Positions 12,424 through 24,400 of a stretch of DNA of 64,000 nt are shown in pieces; the stretch's first letter is position 1, and each line of letters opens with the position of its first letter. Source of the DNA: Thalia democratica (taxonomy: Eukaryota). Position numbers and translations under genes: made by a program. The stretch is from contig OZ241834.1 of the NCBI GenBank assembly GCA_965202585.1, positions 30,752,001 to 30,816,000 of the forward strand, read 5' to 3'. The notes below the pieces were generated by a model that saw only the letters and a program-made list of their open reading frames with translations, made no database searches and was not told the DNA's origin.

Positions 12424-15400
12424 TCAATCGTCAAGTTGGCAGAGGGCCGCCACCCCTCTGTTAATCCAGTGACTTTGACGCTTTTTACTGGGCAATTCAA
12501 TCATCATCACAAAATTTGTCGAGTGGCCTGAAATGTATTGTAACATTGTTATAAAGTGCTGATAATATAAATAATACAAATTAATATATATTCTTATCTA
12601 AGCATAACATACATAGTGAAGATAGCAAAATTATGAAAACTTTTTAAAATTGTTTAAATAATATATCTTCAACCCCTAAAACATACTCCAACTTTATAAG
12701 AACAGTTCAAAGTTTAACCCAATATAATAAAAAACGCATTCTTCTTTTTTAGATAAAATAAATATTCTCGAACTGGTAATATTAGTATGCTACTTTTAAA
12801 ACTAAAAATAAACATTACATAGTAAAATTTGGAGTAAACTAAAAATTCTAAAAGTTAAAAAAAGAAAAGGTTAATAAAAATTATTCACCGTATTTAAAAA
12901 AAAATCAAATCTAATACTGTTAGGCAAAAAAAAACAATTATAAATAAAAAAGTTACCAGTGGTTGACAGGGTTCCCCTGCGAGCGCTGGTCTTGTACACG
13001 GGACACGTGTAAGTCTTCCTCTCCTTGAAGTCCTTCTTCACGCCCGGCTGCAGCCACAAGATGGGCAGCTGCTCGAACAGGATCTTGGGGTGCGACTCGG
13101 CCACCTCGTTCGTGTCCTGGCACCATCTGGCGCCCTCTATGAACAGACCCTTCACGTACACCCCTGTATTATTTGTTTGTGTAGTTTTTGTTTTTAATGT
13201 AAAATGTTTAAAAGCAGTTTTGTGTGATTAAATTGCTAAAAGGTTAAAAAAAATTAAAATAAAACTAAATTTTAAGCATTATTAAAACATAAAGCAAAGT
13301 TTTTGCATAGATAAAAAAAATTAAGTTTCGTAAAAAACAAGCGTATTTAAAAAGTTACTACTCATTATAATTTAATCAATTAATTTAAGCTTTTCAAACT
13401 AATAGTATCAGAGTTAAACTTTTTAAACTTTTTATATATTTTTTTTATTTTATATACTACGAGTTGGTGATAAAACACTTTATCTAGCTAAAATAAAAAC
13501 TAAAAAAAAATGTCTAATTGCTATAATATATAGAAGAATTAGCTTTTTTGATAGTTGTTTGCGTTGTGTTTTAGTTTAACAGCTTTTCTATAAAACAAAG
13601 CTTTTGGTTAATTATAATTCTAAAAAAAATTAACAATTTTGTCGCATTGAAAAATTTAAATGATTAAATAAGGTTTTAACCATCTTCGGGTTTATTATAA
13701 ATTCCACTTTCAGAATTGCAAAGAACTTCAAATTCAAAACCGACATGGTCTATTGGTATCGTGTATCTGTTAAAAATTAAATTTATAAAGTTTGTTTAAT
13801 AATATTGGTTAATTAAAACTAAGTAATTTAATTTTTTTTTAATTTATATATTATATATAAATTAGATTGGTTGTTTTTAATGCATTAACTTGGATCTGAT
13901 TTTAATAACAATTAATTAGAAATAATAGTTATAAGTTAGCAAATATAAAGAAAAAATTTTAGTTTATGCAAAATAACATTTGTTACTTCTAATTTTGAGA
14001 TAGCACAAGTTAGTTAGTAACGAAATGGGATAAAAATAGATTTCAGAAAAAGTTATTAAAAAAACATTCCTTGTGTTTGAACAATATTCCAACAGTAAGT
14101 GTACAAGTAATTCCTTTGTTTTAACTCAACTAACTTTCTGGAGTAATTTTGAGTGGCGCCGGTCAAAAACGACTGAGTGAAATAAAATCCTGAAATCCAG
14201 AAAACATTGGGAGTTCCTTCTTTGATCCATTTGTTGAAAAACTGCAGGCGAGCTAGCAAGTCTGTTGCAAATATTATGAAGTATTATATATAATAAACTT
14301 ACTTATGCAACAATACACATACTTTCAAAAAAATAAATAACAGGTCAAATTATAATTTACTTAAAGTTTTTAGCAATACCATTTTGTAAAATATAAGTAT
14401 TGAGTAAAATTAAAGAAGTTAATTTCCAAAAAGGTTTACATAATTGTTTTTCAATTGTAAACAAACTCAAGACTACTAAAAAACTTTGCTTTTTTTATTT
14501 GAAAGTTTGTTTTGCACATACGCTTGCCATATACGTTTAACAAACCCTCACTGACAAACCAATTAAAACGTTTTACCGGCGATGTAGCCACCCAGCGGCT
14601 TGAGGCTCGGGTAGGATTTTGCGGCCCACATGTTGGGAACCTTGCCGGTGAGCATGGAGTTGAAGACCTCCTCCAGCTCGGAGTTCATCACCACCAGCCC
14701 CTTGATGGCTTTGCGGAGTGACTGGAGCGAGCTTCGTATCACCACGGTAAGCCGGTTGAACCTGATCAGCTCCTGTCTGTTTTGTTAAATATTATTGATT
14801 GTTTATTATTGTTTGCTGGTACTTGGAGAAAGGTTATCAAAACTGTAAAATAAATGGTTGAAATTAAACGAAAGGTACTTAAAGTTTACTACAAGTCGAC
14901 TTATGCGTTATATTTATTTTCTAATTATTTTGAATTAGGTTTTTATTGTACAATACAAATAGCTTTTTCTATAATTGAAAGATACTTTTAGTTTTATTAC
15001 AAGCTAATATTAAACAACAGTATAAAAGTTTCATAAGACAAATGAAAATACACAAAGAAAAGTTTTTACTCATAAGTGAAGCATATTGAGTATTGAATAC
15101 TTTACAAAAAATAATATAAAAAAATGAGCTTGAATAGTGATTTGTTTATAAAAGCTTGGTAATTCGTTCCTATTTGAAATTAAAATGAAAGATGGGATTT
15201 TTAAAAAAGTTATTAAAAAAAAATATAATACATATGTAGTAAATACCTTAGAACGGTGTTCATGGATTCGGTGTAGATAACCGGATATTTCGTCATCACC
15301 TCTTCCAGGTCGAAATCAGCAGGAAGTTTTTCCAGGATGTCTCCCGCCAAATCGTCGATGACCTCCTCCGCCGACTTGCCCCCTCCGCCCTGTTGCCGCG

Positions 15401-18400
15401 GCAACGTGAGGAGGACCCCGTCGAACAGCTCGTGGGTTTCCTTGTTGTCCTTGGTGATGTCCGCGTTCTCATGCAGACCGAAAACCTGCATAAATTTTTT
15501 ATTAAAAATGCTTTATTAATTATTAAATGATAATTAAAAAAAAATTCTGCTTATGTTTCATATAAAACATGGGTTTTAAAATTTATTCATTTTAACAAGC
15601 GTTTAAAATTATCTAAAACCAAATAATCCTTAAGCTATTTTTAATTTTTTTTCCCAACACAAAAAACTTCAGATACTGTACTTTAAATTTTATAAAGTTA
15701 TTAGTTGCATGTACCCAAAGTTACAAAATCATTCTTTCATATAGTATTACATTTAAGACTGATTTTTAAATAGCTTTTACATTAAAAGTGTTTAGTTTTT
15801 TTTTAACCTCTGGATGAGGTATGAGAGGAAGGTCTTTGATGTAATCAACAAAATTTTGCCATTCTCCCCACTCCGGAACAAAATAGTTACCACTAGGTGA
15901 CAGCAAATACGTTTCTTCATCTACCAGCTGGTGCTTGTAAAACTGAAAAATAGTTAGGTTCAATACAATATAGTTTTACTAAATACTATACTTAAAACTG
16001 AAAAATACTAAACATAGTAAAAATTTATTTGAATTTTTTTAACAACTCCTGTTAATAAACTAATAAGAAAATTTAAACGAATAATATTTTAAATAGACAT
16101 AAACAAAGTTTTGAAGTTGATTTAAACTTGTTGTCGCATTTCGACTTTTATTTGTAAATTTCAAAATTAACAAATCAAAACTGTAATAAGCAAAAAAAAA
16201 CAGTTCCGTGAACAGAAATTTATTTATTTAAGAAACAAAACTTAAACTTTATAAAAATCATACACAATTCATAACACTTATATACATATATATAGATAAA
16301 CAAAAGAAACTTGATTTAGTAGTGAATTGAGGAGCCTTCTGTCCTTATCATCGGTGACTCTTCCTCCGTAATTGCACTCTCCCGTCAGATACGTCAGCGC
16401 TTCGTACGGTACCTCGTCGTACTCATTCAAAAACATCTGTTTTTTGTGTGTTAGCTTGTAAATAACTCGAAAAAAATTAAAAAATAAAGCTAAAATTTGG
16501 TATATTACAGACGTTTTTGGTAATTTTAATACTTTGCTTAAGTTTCTACTGGACCAACACATCTTTGATTATTGGAAATTTAAAAACTAATTCCAACTTG
16601 CAAGTGTATAGTAAACTTTTACAAAAGTCATAATTTTACCGTAAATGAAAACATACTTGCAACTGCCGCATGCTGATGCGAAGATCTGATTCGTTGAACT
16701 CGTAGGCGATGTTCCATCCGAGCGCGCCAAATTTCCTTCTCTCTTGCACCATCGCGTGGAAGAAACACAAACCGAACAACATTTTCTGCCAAGCCTGTCA
16801 AGTTGATGGAAAGATATTAAAAGCTTATACGCGGTTGTTCGTTTATGGGAAAAGTTGTTGCACTTGCTTAAAAACATTATTACATTTAATTCTTTACTCT
16901 TGCATCAAAATTTTAATTTTAGAAAACACAATTGTTTATTAAAAACCCTAATCTCGCTTTAATCTCGATAAATAAAATTATCTTCTTAGAATAAAAAGTT
17001 TCACAAATACTTTTGGTTTATTGCAGTCGTTAAAAAATTCAGGGTTGGATATCGGATCACTGACGTAAGATCTCAATAAATTTGCTCGCAGACCTTTCGG
17101 TGGTTCATTGGTCATTTTCACTCCGTTCTATATTACGTTAAAAATAAAATAATATTGTTTATAATTATCAAAATGAAAGAGTCCTTTTTTTCAAATCAAT
17201 ATATTGAACACAAATTAAAACACTTTTTTTTTTAATAGTTGTAACCTAAAAACTGCTTTAAATAATTAAAATTTGCAATCGTTTAAATGAAGGCTATATT
17301 GGTTTAAAATTGTCCTTATTAATAAAAAGTTTATTAAATTAAAATAAAACTAGTATTTGAAAAATATGCAGCTTAAAATCCATCATTCCTAATCAAAACC
17401 ATCATACCTGCAAAATAGAGACAGGGAACTTGTCAGAGGGGTAACTGGTCAACCACAATCTGAAATCATCGTGAACCTTACCTGCAACAATTGTCTCCTC
17501 ACAAATCTTCGAAAGGGTCGGCATCCAACTCGTTGCTAAGTGACAATTTTGAAGCACCACCCAACTACCCTGTTTGATTGTTTAACGAAATTAAAGCTGA
17601 TTAGTTTTTAGCAGGATAAAAATTTTTTTAGGTTAAAATGAGTAAACATTATGTTTATCATTCTACATCTTGAACATAGTAATAGTTTATTGAACAGCAT
17701 AAAAAAAGACGCTCAAAAATATTTAGTCTAAGGACCTGGTGCACGAAGAACCTTTCGGTTATCGAGTCGCACACCACTTGGATACCTTTTAATGTATTGT
17801 CCAAGACAGTAAAAGCAGTTGCAATTTATTTCAAAGTAATAATAAACAAACTGACGTTTACAAGTTGCTTACATTTAATTTTAAATACCAATAACAAAGA
17901 AACTGACATTAACAACGGCGTCATCGATCATCTTACACGCGATTGGACCCTGACCCTGACCGAGTGAAATCGTTCCTATTTTGTTTCCACCGAATCCCTT
18001 GTCTTCCGCGAACTTCAACAGGCCTGAACGTATTTTTTTTGTAAAAAATCTAATAATGTATTTAAAAAATATTGTTGTACAAATCTCAAACTTAAATTAC
18101 TAAATACTTTTTTTTTTACAGCGTAACAATTTATGCAATTATAAACGAAACAACTTAAAAAACGTAAAAGACCAAAAAAAAATTCAGTTAGTTTTCAAAA
18201 AAGTACTAGAGTTACAAAAAAATACAACTCTTACATCTGCTAATAAAAATCCTATAAACGCAGATCTAAAAAAAACGAGAAATTTACAGAACAATCAAAT
18301 GAAAAGTACCGGCGGTGGGATCGGCTCCGGGAGAGAGGATGAATATCAGGGGAACGATCGAAGTTGAGTCGTCGTAAGACCCCTGAAGGTCGAAGGTGGG

Positions 18401-21400
18401 CGGCTCGATGAACGGCTGGCCCATGTGGTCCACGATGTACTGCTGGACGGAAGGGACGACTTTGTCCGGACGCAGGCACCTCACCACCACCATGCGGTCC
18501 AAACCCGACAAAAGTTCGAACTCGCCCGGAAACCTGGAAAGTTTTCAGTTTTTTTTAAAATCACTATCACCAATATATCACTTCAAGTTTATCTAAAAGG
18601 AATTTGTTGTAATAGCTAGTCTTTCAAGCTTATAAATAATACTTTTTTTATAATAGATCGTGTTTTTTTAGTATTTAGAATTTATATAAAAGTTTTTACT
18701 TCTAATACTAATTTAACTAATAAAGCCTCAAAACAAATTTTTGTAAAAAAAAAAACACTTATGTGTCTAGCTTATATCAAATATCTTAACTTTTTACAAC
18801 TGATCAATTGATGTCTCTTAATACTAATAAGCTTTCAAAACACACCAAGCTACTTTTAAACACATTAGCTTTTATTTATAATGAAAAAGAAACATTAACT
18901 GAAACAATAATTTAAAAACTTTTACTAAAAACTTACTTTTCCTCGTGGGGGGTGGCAGAATCGTACACGGCCCGCCACGACCTTATCTCTTCCTCGAAAT
19001 TTTCCCTGAAACCCTGCAGGCCGGGCAGCTGCGACGCCCTCACCACCTCCGACCACGCTTTGTCGGCCAGCCACGAGGGGGCGGGGTTGGGGTGAGGGTT
19101 GTCAAGGGCGACGCCTCCCGTCAGAAAAAATCTCCATGCAGCGTCGTCGACATTTCCTGTAAGAAAATATTTTGCTAAATACTTAAAATAGAGTGATATT
19201 AAAATAAATTTTAATTACTCAACTCTGTATTTTTATAAAAATGAACCAAGATTATTTTAACGTACTTGATTGTTTATTTAAAAATAGTATTTAAATAGCT
19301 TAACTTTGTTGTATAATTTAAAATTATTTTGTACTAAGTATAAAACAGTTGTTATATTGTATATATTATTTACAATATTTTACTGTAAAATGCATTTATC
19401 GATAATCTAAACTTAATATATTTTATTATCAAAACCTTTGTTAGATTGCAAAGCAATGGTGAGTACAAATGAGAAGAGAAGTTTGTCTTTTTCGAACAGT
19501 GATCTGCACACATTCTTGTAAATGCTGTCTGTGAAGTGCCTGTTCAAATTTGCTATTCTTTCTTCGAGATTAGAAGAACCTTCGCTGTTTCTTATCGACT
19601 GTTTTATTGACAGTTATTACAAATCAGCACATAAAAGTGGTTCAGAAAAGTTCAAAGTTATCTGAAAAGTACTAATAATAAAAAAACTATTAATAACTAT
19701 GTTTTAATCATTTATGATACTTTAAGATTAAACAAGTATTTAAGAAGAGTTTTCTTATTTTTATACAAAAAAAGACAAAAAAAAAGAAGATTTGTCTCAT
19801 TCCTTCAAGCGAGCAACAAACGCACGTTGAGGTAGAGGTTGATGAACCAGGCGAGGGAGTACTGGTACATGGGCTCGATGTTGGCCAGGTCGCTCACGCA
19901 GAAGAAGATGACGGTGGAGTGGACCGCCACCGGCTTGTACCCGATCCGCGTCTCGTCGATCACCTTCTCCGTCTCGCTGGCCACCTGCTGCTTGGCGGTG
20001 ATCTCCTCGGAGAGCACTTTCGACGAGGAGAGGATCTCGATGGCCGTCTCGTCCTCCAGGATGTTTCCGTCCGAAGATAGAACCTGATTGGTTGATTTTT
20101 TGCTAAACACTGATAGTAAAAATCGTAATTTTAATTTTTCTGGACTTTTATGTAATGTAGAAAATAATTTTATTAAAAACCACGAAGGTTGCATCTATTA
20201 GTTTATTAATAATATGAAAAATAATAATTTTAGTTTTATGAAAAATAAATTGAAACTAAATTACATCAAACCACTCATTAGTAGCTTTTTGTTAGGTTTA
20301 AAGTCTTCAGGTTATGATTACTAGCTCAAAAAACTCCAAACCAAATTATACCAAACACTAGTTTAAAAACCAGATTTATATTTTGAACTAATAACAAGTA
20401 AGTTATATACCATCAGAATTTTGTCTTCGATGTTTTGCAACTGGCGTTTGTTTTCGGCGCTTTCCAAAATCAACTCGTTCTTTTTAACTTCGAGCTCGGG
20501 TTTTTCTTTGGCGGCCACAATGCTCAGAAGCTGGTCTTGCAGTCCAAGCGGAGTTATCATGAAGTTGACCAGGCACACCTGGAAGTTATCGGTAAGTTAT
20601 TTAAGTATGAAACATAAAACATTAAATTATGAGAGTCTACTAATTTAACACTTTGCTTAAAATATAATTATATAAGACTAATTTTTATTTTGAAATATAA
20701 AAAAAGAAAAAAAAATTGTAAATATAAAACGATTAATTAAACTATAGGCTTAAACAAATGTTTTTTTTTTGTTGACTTTTGAAAACTAATAATTGATAAA
20801 AATTTGTTGTCTAAAAAAATAAAATTCTTTCTGAAACTTATAAAGCTGTTACCTTGACGGACACTTCGGGGAGGTAGTGGGGGTTCCTGAGACCGGTGGT
20901 CATGTAGAACCTGAAATCTTGCGAGTACTCGACGCTGGAGTCGCCCAACATCATGTACTCAACGCCCTGCTGCTTGTACGTCTGCTTCAACAAAACCGAA
21001 TCCAGTATCGCGTCTATCTCTTCGCCTGCAAAACGTTTTCAAGTAGCGTTAGTCTTGTTCTGATGTGAATAAAGATTGCATAAAAGATCTAAAAATCTAA
21101 ATTTGTTATTTGTTACTTTAAAAACATTGAACATTAACTTTAAAATTGTTAGTTTTTAAACTCAACTAATAACGAAATTTCGACACAAAAAAAAAGTTAG
21201 GTTACTTTTTTATTCTTAAAGTTTTCATTTTTTTAATAAAAATACACATTGATGGCTTGGCTGTTATTTCTAAATTCAGCCGATAGTAGAAACACTCGAC
21301 TTAACAAACTCACGTACCCAAGTTTTCGAGCAACACAGGGTGACCGTACTGTATGGCGCTTTCCAGGGTTCTGACGTAGTTGGCGTCGGAAAGCTTTATG

Positions 21401-24400
21401 ACGTACAGCTTGTTGTCGGCCTCCATGTTTTTCACCCACTTGTTTATCTGGCCCTGCGGATCGATCATCAGCGGCCATCTCCGCGAGTTCTTCGTGATTA
21501 TTCCTGAATTACGAAAGTGTTGGTTTAAATCTTGCCAAAAATTTCCACAAGATACGGGTTGAAAATTACTGAAAAGTTTTAAAAACCTGGTGTTGTTAGA
21601 CAGCTAAAATAACCTTTCAACTAGCCAGTTATAAAAGAAAGCCAAACGTAAGTTTTATTTATCGTTTTGCATAAAAGCGTAGACACTTCTTGATAAAAAC
21701 TTTTCAGACATCTATAATTTAAACCCAACTTATATTGTATTACAACATTCTATTTTTTTATTTAATCTCCAAACCGTTGTCAATGGAGAAGCCGTCCACC
21801 GGCAGCCCCGCGATCTGCCAGTCCCTGATCTGCACCGGGTCGCCCAGCACGTTGGACAGCTGGAAGGTGCCGGAGCAGGGGATTTCCATGTTTTGCAAGC
21901 TTTCGTGCCACTTGGCCACGCAAGAGTGGCGGAAGTCGACGGTGAAGGGGCCGAGGTAGGCGACGGTGCCCGAGGACAGGAGGACGTCGCCGGTCAGGTT
22001 GACGAGGGAGAAGCCCAGCCTCTCCGCCGATTCCGTCCATCTGTGGGTTGTACGATACTTATGTTTTAAGGTTTCAAAGAAGCGTTTTACAATCTTTCAA
22101 TCAAAATTAAATTCGATTAACAATTACTGCTTGATATTTAATATGAAACAAAGTACTACGAGTTAAAATTGATCTTTTTTTAGTAACTAGGAGCTGTTTA
22201 AAACAAGCTTAGAAAAACAAGCAACATTATTGTTTTTAAACAAACTATAATACATACTAAAAACAAAAAATACAAAAAACAAAGTCTTCACCTTGTTTTT
22301 TCACCACCTAGACCAGTGATCAGCTGCTCAGCTCTGATCAACTTCATCTTGCACTGCTCAATCTTGTTCTCCAGGTCTATTTTGTCCTGATTCATTTTGT
22401 CGAACTCGGCTTGCAACGCAGCAACTTTGTCCAAAACCTGCCACAAACATTGCACACTATTTACATTTGAACATTTTTATAAAATCAATCTCATTTTAAG
22501 CCCATTTCAAATAGTTGCGCATAAATAAAGATAAGTATATAATAGCAGTTTTTAAAAAAATAAAATTTTCTTAATATTAATGTAGTTTTGGGTAGTTTTA
22601 ATAATTAAGGTCGCTAAAACAGTTAAATGAAACACTACGCTTTACTCCAACTGTAAAACCATTGATAACTCAGAATATTTTACCAAGTCTTCTTAAAACA
22701 CCAACCTCTTTGAGTTGCGCTCTTTTTTCATTGAGCATGGCCATGTTGGCCGCGTACTCTTCCTCCGCTTTGGCCAGCTTTATCTGCTTGGGCGCCACCA
22801 CTTTTGCCACTTTGTCGTAAATATCCATCGCGCGCACCCACTTGCACAGACCTTTGTGAAAAATCAACACATAAATATTTAGTATAAATAGATTTTGTTT
22901 TGAAATTAAAAAAATCACAACACAGGTACTAAAGCTTCTTTGAAAAAACATCTAAGCCAGTTATAAGGCCACTTCAATGCACTTGAAGAAAATTTAAACC
23001 ACCAAAACAATCTACAAAACGACAAAAAAAGCTTGGCAAACAAACGAAATTACCTTCGCAGGCGGAGGAGACGTTTTTGATGATGTTGGGGTTGAACTCG
23101 GGGTTGGACACGTACGTCTTCCGGATCTCGTTGATTATCCTCGGCGGGATGTTGTCCTTGTCGTAGTCCTTGAGCGAGTCCAGAAACTTCATGTCGTTCA
23201 GCATTTTTTTGCTCGGACCCCAGAAATCAGCGATCATTTTACCTGCGAAGTTGTTTGGTTGACTTTAATTTAAAGAAGTGTTTTAGTTTAGTTTGAAGCG
23301 ACTATGGTTTGTAAGTATGCATATTAAAAAGTGGTATTTCTAACCTAATAAAAAAGTTTACTATTTATACATAGCTTAAAATGACATTCTTTCCAGTTCA
23401 AAAAAGTTTGATTACTTAAATCTTATCAAAAGTTTACGAAAACTATGTTCCACACCTAAGAGTGTTAGTTATGGCCTAAAACAAAAAATACTTACTTTCT
23501 TCCCACATAAGCTTTTGAAACAACTGAAATAAAAAACGCTATGAAGCTACAAAATCAAACCTGAGCCTGACGGGTCGGGCTTTCTTTCAGGTTTAATTCC
23601 CTTCATGATGCAAATGGATTCAAGCACGAGCTTGACTGCCGGCGGGGGATTCGTCATTGATTTCACCATCGTTATATCCTGCGTAAAATATCAAATAAGT
23701 AAACTTTACAAACCAAAATACTTCAAACTGATATTGACTGCTAGTTGTGGACTAAAAAAATTACTTGAACTTTCCACTTAACCCACTGAAACAATGAAAC
23801 ACTTATCATCAAAATTGCAAACAAAACAAACAGATACTGAAACGTACAGCGGGCTTCAGAGTGTTGAGCGCGTCGATTGCGGCCTCCAGAGCGGGAATGG
23901 CCTCGGCGAGATCGGCCTCGCACTCGTCCTTGATCGATTGAGCCTCGGTTGCTGCCGCGTTGGCCACCGCCTCGTCCGCCGCCACTATCTGTTCGTTAGC
24001 AGGGAGATTAACTAACTTATGATTTGAAATTCCAAGAAAATTGTTCTCGTGCACACTTGGAAACACTAGTTTGGAGATATCTACCGCACGGCAGATCTTA
24101 CCTCTTTTTTGGCTTCAACTTCAACCGAGTCGCGCTCAATTTTTATCATAATCTGATCGACTTCCGCTGATGTCTTCACCAGTTCCGGCTGCAAATCCCT
24201 CAGTTCTTTTTGCATCACGGCGACCTACAACAAGTAGAATGAATTTATATAGATGACAAAGTAATAAAACTGCAATACTTGCTTGTTTAATGACATTAAA
24301 AACCTTTGTATCTTTTCACAGTCAATCAATTATGATTAGTAACAAACTAACAAGTTATGTACTCAAACACAATCAGAAAAATGATTCCTAACTTTGTTGC

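Noticed and set aside
17476-17490. Near-consensus donor CAG|GTAAGG inside dynein exon 17408-17569
   Set aside because: The frame continues through the conserved FRLWLTSYP motif to a GTATGA donor; using the internal site would shift the frame and delete conserved residues.
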